A stretch of 64,000 nucleotides of DNA from Microbotryum violaceum. Lineage: Eukaryota. This document shows positions 1 through 12,241 of this stretch, one piece after another (the first letter of the stretch is position 1; each line of letters opens with the position of its first letter). The stretch covers positions 2,418,001-2,482,000 of the forward strand of contig CDLV01000007.1 in assembly GCA_001244265.2 (NCBI GenBank), read 5' to 3'. Below the pieces are notes generated by a model. It saw nothing but the letters and a program-made list of their open reading frames with translations. It was not told the DNA's origin and searched no databases. A program made the translations under genes and the position numbers.

Positions 1-198
1 CTAGAAAGACATGAAAAGTCACGAATAAACAATGCGTAGTGTCCGTGAGAGATTGATGCACTTGAAGGTCCAACAGGTTGCAAGAGCGGCCAACACAATC
101 GCGGCGATGACGTTCCGTCGACCACACGTAACTCCTCCCATTGCCAGAACTCACATGCTGAGCCTGCCCAATCGACTCGATCCCTCACCGCTCGCAGG

Positions 199-2152
199 AT
201 GCAGGGCGTCGCCATCCTGGCTGGAAGGTGAATTCAGATTCTGGAGTGTGATTGATAGTTTTTGTGATGCTGACCACCTCTGACTAACTCCTTGTACGTG
301 CTGCCTGCCGCTTCTCAGCCGTCGGGTGCTGTCGACTCAATTCACCACCTCACCGCTTCGAGCCGCTCTCGCGATCAATGCCGCTCTAGCCAGCACCGAT
401 TCGGTCGTTTGGGTGCCCAATCTCAACCCCGGTGTATCCTTGAGGCTCTCGGGGAGGACACGCGGCGACGAGGCCGAGTCCGACGATGACGACGATCAGG
501 TCGAGAATAGTGCCGAAGACGATGAAGGTATCGAGGTGCAGCCTTGGGCGAGTACGTCCAAGCGACAGGCCACAATGGGTAGATCGGTCGTCTGCCAGAT
601 CGAGAGGAACGGTCTAAGATACATCGCTCCGATATCGAGGGAAGGTGAGTCCACTTCAGTCGTTTCGCGCCCGTGCATGAATCATCGCTCAGTCTCGCTT
701 CACCCTGGAATCTCTCAGTCGACCCCATCATTCCACTGCATTTCCTTCACCAACTCCACGAGGTTTTGGAGAACTACATCGGCGGTGCGGTGACAGAGGC
801 CAGCCTCAAAGTGAGTCGAATATCGCCGAGCCAGGGCAGTGCCGAGCTCATCACTCTCCTTCCCCACCCAGGATCACTTCGACATCGTGTTGGCTCTGCT
901 CGAAGAGATGCTCACTGCAGAACGTCCTCAGCTGACCGAGGCTGCCCAGCTGCGCGAACTCGTCGTCCCACCTTCACAACTGCTCGCCAAGGTCGCTTCG
1001 ACCGCAGCGAACGTCGCCGGCTTAACCGTGGCGACACAATCTTCCGCCAACGCGTTGCTCGCTTCACCGCTTCCTTGGCGGAGAACTGGGATCAAGTACT
1101 CTTCAAATGAGATATGTGCGTAACTCAGGTCTAACGGCGCGTCAACGAGTGTCGCGATGGCAGGATTTAATTTGGTTCCGTCCCATGCGCAGATTTCGAC
1201 GTGACCGAGGCGCTCGACTTTGTGCTCGACAAATCGGGCAAGATCGTTTCCGGTGGCATCACGGGGAATGTCGCATGTCGTTCCCGACTATCGGGCATGC
1301 CCGACTTGGTGCTATCGTTCACAGACCCGAGTCACATCGAAGACGCTGCTTTCCATCCGAGTGTTCGGTACGGTCGGTGGACGAAAGACAAGGTCGTCTC
1401 ATTCGTACCTCGTAAGTAGTCACAACTATTTCTTGGGATCATGACGTGTTGTACTGAGGCTATCTATTTTGTTTTCCGCCATCGTAGCCGACGGCGTCAT
1501 TTCGCTCATGACTTTCCGGGTCGGTTCACCCGTCCCCAAATCGAGCCTCACCTCCTCAGCAGCATCATCCCTAGCCATCCTCCCCATCCAAATCACCTCT
1601 TCGGTGACCCATGGATCTCAAGGAGGCGCGTTTACCATCTCCTTGACCTCACGTGCCGCGGCGAATCGGCCACTCACGCGCCTGGTCGTTCGAGTCCCTC
1701 TGGGCAAGGGAGCGAATGGGCTGACGGCCAACGTCACTGGCGGACCATTCCACCGTGACTCGAATGGAAATATTGAAGGTGGTGGAGCGGGGAGATGGGA
1801 TGTGGTTAACTTGCCGAATGGAGAGGGTTCGGTATTGGTGTGGACCGTCGATGAATTGGCGGCGACGGATCGGGCGGCGGTCTTGCAGGGGCAATATATG
1901 AGGTAAGTTCTCGCCATTTGTCCGCTATCGATCCAAATCAACTACACTTTGCTCACATGACTCTGTCACTCTTGCTCGTGTAGCCCGAGTGAATCAAGAG
2001 GGGCCTCGGCGTTCACAGTGGAGTTCACCTCCGCCGAGGCTGGATTTTCAGGGCTGCGTATTGCTGGCCTCAAGGTTACAGGGGAGACGTACAGCGTCTA
2101 CAAAGGGGTCAAGGTTGGAGGAAGAGGCAAGATTGAAGTGAGGTGCGTCTGA
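199..2152 (+). CDS. APM3: AP-3 adaptor complex medium (mu3) subunit, multi-exon
   Basis: Spliced model from ATG 199 (MQGVAILAG|SRRVLSTQF). Mu-adaptin motifs: FLHQLHEVLENYIG, HFDIVLALLEEML, LPWRRTGIKYSSNEI|YFDVTE, SRLSGMPDLVLSF, FHPSVRYGRW..DKVVSFVP|PDG, VYKGVK..G..EVR. The exact last exon is uncertain because GTGCGT at 2143 could be a further donor. Confidence 0.88.
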
Positions 2153-2471
2153 GAAGGGGGGAAAAGCATGGCCCTTGCAGATGCCAAGCTCGTGCTCGTG
2201 CTGCCGATAGTTTGGTCGGAAGAAGTGTTGTCCTGGCATACCGCAAATATAGTGTCAAATGAGAATCGTAAAGTGTGCAAGTCGAATTTTTTGGGGGCAA
2301 TGTCAATCTTGGAATCTACGTTCTCTTCGAGCGCTTTTTGTCGTCCCATTCGTCCAGCGCGGCAGTCTGCCAGGACCTTGAGCGTTGCAAGTGCATTTAG
2401 GCGGGCCTTAGTCTGGCCAGCGACGCCTCTCCCTTCACCGTTCGACCACGTACTCCCTCGCAGCCAATATC

Positions 2472-3353
2472 ATGTCGGACGCATCAAAATCACCCGTCAA
2501 GGTTCCCGGAGCCACAGGACCCCAACTTCGGTCAGTTCCAGCTCGCCTTTTCTAGTGCATGGTGCCCAAATCGTCGAACACGTTACCCCCGTGTCTCTGG
2601 TCGTAGGGACGTGTACCCTTGCCACGCACGCACACTCGCACCCACCCGTACGGATACCCGTCAACTGACCCGATCTGCGCGCTTTGTCTTCGCATTCCCT
2701 CCTCCTCTTGTATTCAATCTACATTCCACAGTCGACGAGCGGCCGCGCTCTCGCCGACCAAGAAGGACGCCGATGCACCGCAATCGCTCCGAGCTGCCGG
2801 CGCAGGAGGCAGCAGTTCGACGATGATGAAGCTCTACACCCAGGACGAGAACCCGGGGTTGAAAGTGTGAGTGTTACCAACAGATTCACGGGTGGCTACT
2901 TGGGAGGAAGGGTGCTCCGCGATGTATGCAACCTTGGAAGCGGTCGGTAGCGCTGTGTGGCGCTGTGTGGCGCTCGTCGAGGCAGCAGAGGTCGTATCAC
3001 GTGGCGAATTCACGTGCGCAAGTACATCCAGTGGTATCTGAGTTGCACCACACTCTTCGGTATCGTGTGGTTGTGTCCTCGCTACGAGAAGTGATTCTGA
3101 TCTACTTGCCTCCCCACATTGAAACCCTCACTCCCCTCGTCAACACGACCTTCAACCGAATTTGATTCCAATCCAACAGTGATCCGGTCATTGTCCTCTC
3201 GCTCGCTGTCGTCTTCATCTTCTCCGTCGTCTTCTTGCATCTCTTCACCAAATGTGGGTCTCTTTATTCGGCTTTGACACGAGTAGGAACGAGCCGAGCT
3301 AACGCTCACATGCTCCGGTGCGGTGCTCAGTCGTCCGGTACTTTTCCAAGTAA
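2472..3353 (+). CDS. SBH1: Sec61 translocon beta subunit, 4 exons (not recovered intact by the ORF track)
   Basis: MSDASKSPVKVPGATGPQLR|RRAAAL...RAAGAGGSSSTMMKLYTQDENPGLKV|DPVIVLSLAVVFIFSVVFLHLFTK|FVRYFSK*. Typical Sec61beta 'LYT.E..GLKVDP..VL' motif plus a C-terminal TM anchor, with canonical GT-AG introns. Confidence 0.93.
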
Positions 3354-4386
3354 AAGCAACTACCACAACAACAAAAAATATGCTGGTCGATCAAGATATG
3401 TTCGAGTCGTGCGAGATGGAGGATACCTAGCGATCAGGAAAGTTGATCAGGCCAGGGGGAGGAGAACGGCAGAAGCGAGGAGAGGGGCTTCGGGTGCCTC
3501 GTGTACTGTTTTGTTCTTTGTGTTTTGCTTCAATTTTTCATCGACCTATACCTCACCAACACCAGTTTTCGAGAGAGATCAAGAAGGCAAAGATAGAACC
3601 GACTCGATTGAACAGGTCGTTTTCTCTCGCTCTGCTGTGAATGAGACATGCCCGAAAGGCGAGTCCGCAACGCATATTACCGAGCGGTGAAAATTCAAAC
3701 CGGTCGGTTCACTCCCCGAGACTTACCGGCGAGCCCCAGCCACCTCTTGGTCTGATTTTTTCTTTCTTTTCGCGCCGAGCTGTCAAAGCACCTGTACCTG
3801 TAAAACTTGCTCGAGTCGGACATATGGAATGCTGCGTTCGACTGTGCTATATGCCGCGGGCGTCGGGCGTCGGGCACTTGCCGAGTCGTTTCCGATCGCG
3901 ATCGGGTTTGCGCTGGTTCTGGTGGGCGTTCTAGCCAAAAAGCGCTCGGGCACGCAGCGGCTTGGGTAGGCTTGGGTTCCCCCCTTTGGCTCCTTTGCTC
4001 GTCATCTCAATCTCCTCTGCGGTTCGTCGGTCGTCTCGTCGTCCCTTTTGGCGCTCCACGTTCCCCATCTCCGGGCTCGAGTACCCTTGTCATCACTTTG
4101 TTCCCCTCTTCCCTCGTATCACTCTGGTCTGCGACTCCTTTTACGACCCTTGTACGACTCGATCTGGCTCTCTCCTCTCGTCCCACGCTCGCTCTGATCT
4201 TTGTGTCCTCTCGCCTGGACGACTCGCTCGTACGACCGACTCCCGCCGGACCGCCATCGTCCACTGCGCTTTCTTTGGCCGCTTCCCATCTCACTGAGCA
4301 CCTTCTAGGCGGATCGCCCGGCCGGCACAGTCACCTCGTTTGCCAACTCACCCCGGAAAGGACGGTCGAGCTCGAGAGCGCGCGGA

Positions 4387-7300
4387 ATGATGCGCTCAAG
4401 TCCACCGTTGCTCAACTCGTCGTTCGATCACCCCGACGGCCGCATCTCCTCCCCCGCCTCACCCCCGTCCCCTTCGTCCTATGCGACCCCAACCGCGACC
4501 TTGTCTCGGATCGGATCCGGTCGAGCTCGTGGTCCGCCCGCACGATCGCAAACGTACGACGATCACTACTACCTTGGCCCCGGAGCTCCCTCGGCCCAGT
4601 CGAGGGGGTACGGCCCCGCTTCTCCGCTGTCGTTGATCGCAACAGGTTCCGAGAGTCCGACTACATCCATTCACTCGAATCGGGCGTTTGATGCTGGCAC
4701 CATAGGCGGGGGGTGGCCCTCGCAGTCACGACGCAACGTCGAATCCGGCGCATACCTCGAGCCCAGCCCCGGTGGCACTAGTGGCGGCGCCCCGGCCCCG
4801 TCCCCGTCCTCGTCCTCGTCGCTCGGCCTGTTGACCGACCCTCTCCCTCTGGGCTCGTACACTCAACATCAACAATCGCTATGGGGCCAGGCTCAACTAC
4901 CCCCCTCACGTTACGCCTCGTCATTGCACTCGCCCCATGATTACGCCCGTGAGTCGTCATCAATAATCATATGCTCCTCTCTCCCCTTCCGTTACCACCC
5001 CCACGTCCACCCCCTCCTCCCCGTCCCGCTTGCTCGCGTGACTGGGTGTCGGATCGATTCCAGCACGGGTCTGCTTTTCAGCCTCTGGGGAGGGCACACA
5101 GTATCCGTACTTCTGGGTGCCCCAACGATCATTCGATTCTATGATGGGCGGCACCGTCCTCAGAACCTGTCGCTGACTTTCCACCTTTTGACACCGTGCA
5201 CTTGCCCGTTGGCCATGCTCTCCTGTCCCATCATCGCAGATCTTCCACCACCACGAAGCATAGGCCTCTACAATCAACAAAATCACTCTTCTCCTGCTTT
5301 GGCCGTCAACTCGCGTCTGTCGTCGGGTAGTGAGCCCGCTGCACCGTCGCTGGACGATATAAATCTCGGCCTCGAGAGCATGTCGTTCGAGCAACGCGAC
5401 CAGCGCCATTCGCCCGGTGGGAACGGCCTGATGTATCGAATGGACCCAGGGCGATCTCATACTCCTGGACAGGGACAGGACGGAGCGATGGAGATCAGAG
5501 GCCGACAAGGCACAGCGAGCGTCTACTCGCTCGATTCGATGTACTCGAACGGTTCCGGTCAGGCCGGGCCAACGGGTCCCGCACCCTCGCACAATCGTCG
5601 CACGTCCGACAACTCGATGCGGCAGAGCTTCGGGGCCGTTGGAGCCGAGCATCTGCGGGGATCACAGGCCTCGAGCGCTCACCTCGAAGACGAGTTGAGT
5701 GCGCTTTCCTTTGATGACCACTACCGCGAGGTTTCGCAACACATACAGCACCCACCGCAGGGCTCGCCCCATCCCTCCTCGCAGTACTTGGACTATCACG
5801 CTGCCAGTGGTCCACCACCTGCGTCCCCCTATGCCGATGGCTCGGTCTACGGCCACATGCCTCAGCTGCGACATCAAACATCGTACGCTTCGAGTGCGTA
5901 TGGATCCGAACCGTCGTACCAACCGGGCGCCCCTCATTTCTCCCCTCAGCCTCCTCACGGCTCATGGGCCTACGACCAAGCCGGACAAGTGGCAGCACAG
6001 AACCCCTACTATGCGGCTCAATTTGGTGGGGCTTACCCGCAGCAGAATGATCCGTCCGTGTGGGGTCAACAACCCTCGCTGAACAGGCAGCCTTCGACGA
6101 TGTCGAGTGCGTCGATGATGATGTATGGGAACCCTGGGGGTGCACCATTGGGTCGAGCCGGTTCGTCGCTCTCCGTTCCATCAGCACAGCCTCGCGTGGC
6201 ACGCAAGGGCACGAGTTCGTCGACGGGCAGTGGCGCGTTGAACAACTTGGGGCCACCCATCACAAAGGCCTCGGTTGATGAGTACCGACAGCGCATCAAG
6301 GCCGATCCGGATCCGGAAGCGCAGTTCAACTTTGCCAAGTACCTGATCGAAGCAGCCAAGAAGATCAATTCGTCGGCCCACGGCGACGAAAAGTCGGCCA
6401 AAAAGTACCGCGATGCTCTGCTCGCCGAATCGCTCAAGCTGATCAAGCGCTTGGCGACGCAGGGTTCCGGGGTGGGTAAGCCTGCGTACGCGGACGCGCA
6501 ATTCTTCCTCGCGAACTGCCTGGGCAACGGCTCATTGGGCCTACAGGTCGACCACGAAAAGGCCTACAATCTCTACGTCCAGGCTTCGAAGCAGAACCAC
6601 TCCTCCGCGACGTATCGCACGGCGGTCTGCAACGAGGTCGGCGCTGGCACTAGAAGGGACCATGCGCGTGCCGTGCTGTTCTACCGCAAGGCCTCGGCCC
6701 TGGGCGACACCGCGGGGATGTACAAGCTCGGCATGATCCTGCTCAATGGCTTGCTGGGCCAACAACGTAACCCTAAAGAAGCGGTTAATTGGCTCAAACG
6801 AGCGGCATCCCAAGCTGACGAGGACAACCCGCATGCGTTGCATGAGCTCGGTCTGCTGTACGAGAAGCCGCCGCCGCCGGTGCAACCGACCGGCCCGAAT
6901 GGAGGTCCTCCGACCGCAGTGATCCCACATGATCCAGCGCAGGCCCGGGAACTGTTCACACAGGCTGGTCAGCTCGGGTACCCGCCTTCGCAGTTCAAGT
7001 TGGGCAGTTGCTACGAGTACGGCGCGTTGACGTGCCCCGTCGATCCGAGGCGCTCGATCGCGTGGTACACGCGCGCCGCCGAACGAGGCGACGCCGAATC
7101 CGAGCTCGCGCTGTCGGGGTGGTACTTGACCGGTTCGGAAGGCGTGCTGAAGCAGAGTGACTCTGAGGCGTATCTGTGGGCGCGGAGAGCAGCGAACAAG
7201 GGATTGCCCAAGGCTGAGTACGCGGTCGGGTTCTACTCGGAAGTTGGGATTGGCGTCAAGCAGGATCTTGAAGAGGCCAAGAGGTGGTACATGCGGTCCG

Positions 7301-7517
7301 CAGGTAAGTGTCGGTGCTCGATGTGGGTCAATGATGGGTCAAGAGCTGATCAGCTTCGTAAGCATTCCTCTACACAGCTCAAGGCAACAAGCGAGCGATG
7401 CAACGCTTGACGGAACTGAAGAAGCTCGGTGCGACGCGAGCCGGGGTCAAAGGCGGCAAGGGCCAACAAGCTCGACCGACTCGCCAAGAAGCGGCGACGG
7501 AATGCATCGTCATGTAG
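4387..7517 (+). CDS. SKT5: Sel1-repeat chitin synthase activator (Skt5/Chs4-like) with C-terminal CaaX box
   Basis: Sel1 repeats (YADAQFFLANCLGNG, GMYKLGMILLNG, SQFKLGSCYEYG, SELALSGWYLTG, AEYAVGFYSEVG) after a long S/P/Q-rich N-terminus. Introns at 4949-5239 and about 7303-7377; the spliced C-terminus ends ...EAATECIVM* (CaaX), as expected for Chs4/Skt5. Confidence 0.9.
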
Positions 7518-8218
7518 TCGATGTCTGATTTCTCTGTCCTTGCGCGTTGGTTGTACTACTTTTCTTCTCCTTCTATTCGTTTCTCTTATATCCTTTGTCC
7601 GTGTGTGTTTCCAATCGACCCCCTCCCCTTTTTCCTTCTATCGACCCCCTCGCATCTATAATTTTCCCTCCCCACTGCACTTTCTTCACATTTGCACTCG
7701 GTAGCTAGCTATCGTTTTAATTTTGCCTCTGCCCGTTGTTTCTATGCATGATGGCAAGAATGATCAAACATGACCACTCTCCCCTTACCTTGATGTCTCC
7801 TCCGATGATCTACAAACTAGTGTGCGCCGCGAACGCAACACGCCGTCGCTCGTCGCTCGTCGCCCGTCGCTTGCCCGCTCCGTCCGCAGTGGTGACAGGT
7901 AGCGATCACTTTATACTCTCACTCGTCTTCTCGCTTTGCGCTCCTCCTTCCTCGTTCCCCGTTCGCGTCTTGTCTTTTCCTTTCGGCAGCTCTCGTGGCT
8001 CGCTCGCTCGCTCTCCCACGCGACACGACACGACACGACACTGACCCCCCATCACACCCCGACGCCACGTCCGAGGGTTGACTTAACGCGTGACCGGTTC
8101 ACGTTCCACCGCGGGGCGTATCTCCGACCTCCCGTCCTCCGCATACGAGTCGGTAACGCAACAAGATCATCAGACACCTTACTACTAAGCATCGACTTTA
8201 TATATTCCATCGCCCACT

Positions 8219-10222
8219 ATGAACTTTTTCAAATCGTCGTCGTCCAAGATCAAGACGCCTTCGGAGCTGGTCAGGTCCACGCGTGAGGCGATCCAACGGC
8301 TCGATTCGGCGTCGACTTCGGCAGAGGGTAAACGCAAGGTGGGTCACAACCACGAGCATAGAGCCTGGTGCTTACCAGTCCCCCAAGGCTGCCCGCGTTC
8401 TAGAGTGATCGAGGGGCTTAGAGGGTAGCAAGCGCGGATGAGTTGAGCGAGTCGAGGCGATCGTTCGCCGACGACAATGAGGAGCGTGCGACACCAGCCG
8501 CCGTTGATCGGGTGTGTGGGGTGACTCTACCGGATGAAGAAAACTGATCAAGCCGTCATCAATTGCACAGGCGAGCGAGGACATGTCCAAGAACCTGTTC
8601 CAGATGAAATTGCTGCTGTACGGCGATGGAGGTACGCCCTCTTCGGTTTCAAATCTCGCGCGCTCCTCTCTCCTTGAGCCCCACCTGCTGCGCTTGCCCG
8701 AGCGCCGCGCTCAGGATGCTGACATCGACCGTGGCATTGGCATGCAGAGAACGAACCGCAACCCGAGCTGATCGCACAACTGGCCCAAGAGGTCTATGCC
8801 AAGGACATTTTGCAACTGCTCGTGCTGCACATCTGGCGATTCGAGTTCGAGGTCCGTGTTCCTAAGCGGGGAGGGATAAGATGAGGCCGTCGACCTTGGA
8901 ACCCCGAGTGACTCACAGTGCGTGCCCCACCAACCCATCAGGCACGGAAGGATGTTTCGCAAATTTTCAACAACCTCTTGCGGAGACAGATCGGATCGAG
9001 GTGGCCAACGGTCGAGTACCTTTCCGCAAAAGAAGAAACCATCTTTGCTGCCCTCAAAGGGTAGGTGTGGCGTTTAAAATTCGAGTTGAGTTGCAGGCAG
9101 CCAAAGTCTGATGTGCTCCTATGGAAATAACCCTGTTATAGATACGAGAATGCCGAGGTCGCACTCAACACGGGCATGATCCTGCGTGAGATGCTGCGGC
9201 ACGAACCTTTGGCGAGGACCCTGCTCTACTCCGACAGGTTGAGTTGCGATCACATGGACTGCCCCTTCACCCTCCACGAGATCAATGCTGACACATTCAG
9301 CATGTTACTGTAGGTTCTACGACTTTATCGACTACATTGAGCAGACAACGTTCGGCATTGCTTGTGATGCGCAGGCCAACTTCAAAGTGAGCGCATGTCT
9401 GGAGAATCTGTCATGTTTTTTTGGCAATTTTGCTAATAAACGATGAGCTTTCCTCGTAGGAAACCTTGACACGGCACAAATCGATGGTGGCCGGATACCT
9501 TGACGAAAACTACGATCGAGTAAGCGACAATGCCGGAAGAACGAAGATCGCAATTGGCCCGTGTCACTTACGTGCCACTGCTCTTGTTCCCAACTCACCG
9601 TCGGGGTCGCAACTCTCTTCAGTTCTTCTCCTCCTACGCCCTCCTCGTCCAATCCACAAACTATGTCACCAAGCGCCAATCGCTCAAGCTGCTCGGCGAG
9701 ATCCTACTCGACCGAACGAATTTCAAGGTCATGACACGGTACATCGCCAACGAGGAGAATCTCAAGATGATGATGAACCTTTTGAAGGATCGGAGCAAGA
9801 ACATCCAGTTCGAGGCGTTCCATGTCTTCAAGGTTCGTTCTGTTCTGCATGTGGTGGAGGCTGGCGCACCCATGAGCTCACCTGTGATTCTGTCCCTTGC
9901 GCAGGTCTTCGTCGCGAACCCCAAGAAACCGCCGCAGATCGAAGCCATCCTCAAACGAAATCGGATGAAACTTGTTACATTTCTGCAAGGCTTCCATAAT
10001 GACCGAGACGGTGAGTGGTCTAGAAGCTGGATTGCAACTGTAAAGGGCGAAGCTGATTGATGGGTGAGCCCCGAACTCCCACAGACGAGCAATTCACAGT
10101 GCGTGTTCAACGATTACCACAAAGATCTCCTGATCCTTAAGATGTGAGCTGATTTTGTTGCGTCATTGTCATCCTTACAGGACGAAAAGGCGTTCCTCAT
10201 TCAACAATTGCAGCAGCTGTGA
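8219..10222 (+). CDS. HYM1: Mo25/Hym1 (CAB39-like) scaffold protein, multi-exon
   Basis: [108 protein letters not shown]. Confidence 0.95.
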
Positions 10223-10786
10223 TCCAGCGGGTTCGAGTCCCTCTATGTGCCCAATTCCCCGACGTCTTCCTCTTGCCCTTCCGTCGTCTTGCATATGATC
10301 AGTTACTTTGTTCTCAATGTCCATAATTATTTCTCCCTTTTCTAGCTCACGGTTTTCGCATCATCGGACGTTTCGCACTGTTATCACACCTTGGTCCTTT
10401 ACATAATCAGGTTCGATGTGCCTCCCGCGCTCAGTTCTTCTCCCCGGCGACAAGTCAGCTAGAGCTACGTTGCGTCTCGCACTTTGGATGTGACTAATTA
10501 TTCGTTCGAGCTCTTTGTCCGTCCCGACCTCAAAATGCAGACCCTTTGATCGAACAGTAGTTTCGGCGATTCCGGTAAGTTGATCAGTAGTAGTGACAAG
10601 CAAGTTTGGGGAATTGCCGGGCCCCGCGGGCTGCAATTTAATTTTAGCGGACTCGGCAACCCGTTAGTCGATCAGTCCCGACGTCATTCCACGACTGGGC
10701 ACGCTGTATAAGTCGGCTTCACCCTTCTCTCCCACCTCTTTCTTTCTCTGGCTTTCGTCCTTTCACTTCACACCAAAACCTGTCCT

Positions 10787-10805
10787 CCCCCCCCCCCCCC
10801 CCCCC
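10787..10805 (+). repeat. C19 homopolymer in the 5' leader of the small hydrophilic gene
   Basis: Directly visible run of C just upstream of ATG 10834. Confidence 0.9.
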
Positions 10806-10833
10806 AACGAGGAACGAGGAACCAGAAGTAGCT

Positions 10834-11418
10834 ATGACAACCAACGCACCCACGCACTCGGATAAGAACGTTTTGATCTCCCCTTCGGTCGGAGGCGCCG
10901 GACCGACCCATGGCGTCTCGGCGACCGGATCGAACAGCTCCAGCTTGAATGATCGTACGGGGGAGACCACGGTCGGAGAGAAGATACAGTGAGTGCATGA
11001 TTAGAGGAGACGCTCAGCTCCTGAGATTGGTGGTAAATTAAAGTGGGATTATGCTGACAAAACACTTGGTTGCTATTCACTGTGATTCCCACTAGGGGTT
11101 TGATGGGGACCCTTCATGGTGCGGGGGAAGCGATTCGAGGTACCATCAACGGCGCTTTGGATGGTGTAGGTGACGTGTGAGTGGCACACACAAAGACGAT
11201 GATCGACGACAAGAAAAGACGATGATCGACGTACAAGAAAGGTCGATCCCATCTAACAACTTTGAAAGGAACTGACAAGTCCCTGCCCCTCATTGGAAAC
11301 TATCAGGATCGCCGGTCGTGAACAAGGGTCGGTCCCCGCTCGCCGAAATGACGGCGACAACGTCGCGCGCAAGGGCGTCGAGGAACTCAAAGAGGGTTAT
11401 GCCAAGTTGACCAAGTAG
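10834..11418 (+). CDS. Small (~115 aa) Gly-rich hydrophilic fungal protein of unknown function, 3 exons
   Basis: ATG 10834; two GT-AG introns splice to MTTNAPTHSDK...VGEKIQ|GLMGTLHGAGEAIRGTINGALDGVGDV|IAGREQG...ARKGVEELKEGYAKLTK*. Upstream TATAAG (about 10707) and CT-rich leader. Confidence 0.75.
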
Positions 11419-12241
11419 TAGCGAAAGAGAGGGATGATGGGCTCTGAACACTTGTGTTTTTTTGGTTTGTTTTAGTTTCTGTGAGCCTTTTTTGAGTGTT
11501 TCATGCAATATGTTTTTTCGGTCATTGACCAGTAGTAAGGCAGATTCTAAGAGTGAGGCAGCTGATTGTTTCGAACATTTCAAACGACTAGGATGAGAGC
11601 GGTCCATAACGGACCTCGTGTACACTTCCAACTTCGAATGCCCGCAGACAGGTATTCGACTTTCAAGAGCTCGCTTCGGGTTCGAAATTGGGAAGGGGCG
11701 GGGGAAGACAGGGGTCCGAAAGCTGGTAAGGATCAAGTGCGTTTTTGAGGCGATCTGGCTGCACAGCAAAGACGTGGTCCTGCGTGAATGGGATCTGAAA
11801 GAAGCTTTGACATGAGAGTGAAGGCGCTTTTATGACGTTGTTCTCTAACAGGGATCTCAAGCAAGCTCGTCTCCGTTCGTGGGCGCTACGAGGACTGGCA
11901 CAAGCGCCCGTGCGGCATCTTCGGCATGGAGCTGGGAGCGGAGGCACCGACTTTTCATCCGGGGGTGAAATGTGGGCTTACGTGAAGGCGCACCACGCCC
12001 AGTGTCATCGCGAGCGATCGCTTGCGAAGTCCTTTAAGAGGTCGCGGTTAGCCGTCCCACGGTCTCGGTCACCAGAATTGCTTCGAGGACCGAGTATGCG
12101 CGAATTGATCATTCTCCCAAGGAGTTCAAGCGTCGTCATTGAGCTTGAAGGGAGCGCTTCGAGGATTATCCCGCATTCACGAAGTTTGTGTTACAACAAT
12201 CGGACTACTCTTTTGATCATCACGCGTCTCGGCTTGATATT

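Noticed and set aside
2866-3179. Long Sec61-beta intron as a possible snoRNA host
   Set aside because: No clear C box (RTGATGA) with terminal stem or H/ACA architecture; only a short GCGCTGTGTG tandem repeat.
3807-4691. 294-aa ORF overlapping the SKT5 5' region, and numerous long antisense ORFs throughout
   Set aside because: No recognisable motifs, non-ATG starts, and expected shadow ORFs of GC-rich coding DNA or CT-rich leaders.
7503-7517. CaaX motif (CIVM*) as a possible pheromone precursor or mating-type signal
   Set aside because: It is the normal prenylation site of the Skt5/Chs4 protein; no tandem pheromone repeats, STE3 or homeodomain genes were seen.
10229-10242. GGGTTCGAGTCCC resembling a tRNA T-arm/B-box
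   Set aside because: It lies immediately after the HYM1 stop codon, with no acceptor stem, D-arm or anticodon arm.
11500-12200. Intergenic ORFs (e.g. 11832-12494) as possible transposon remnants
   Set aside because: No transposase, RT or integrase motifs, terminal repeats or target-site duplications were recognisable.
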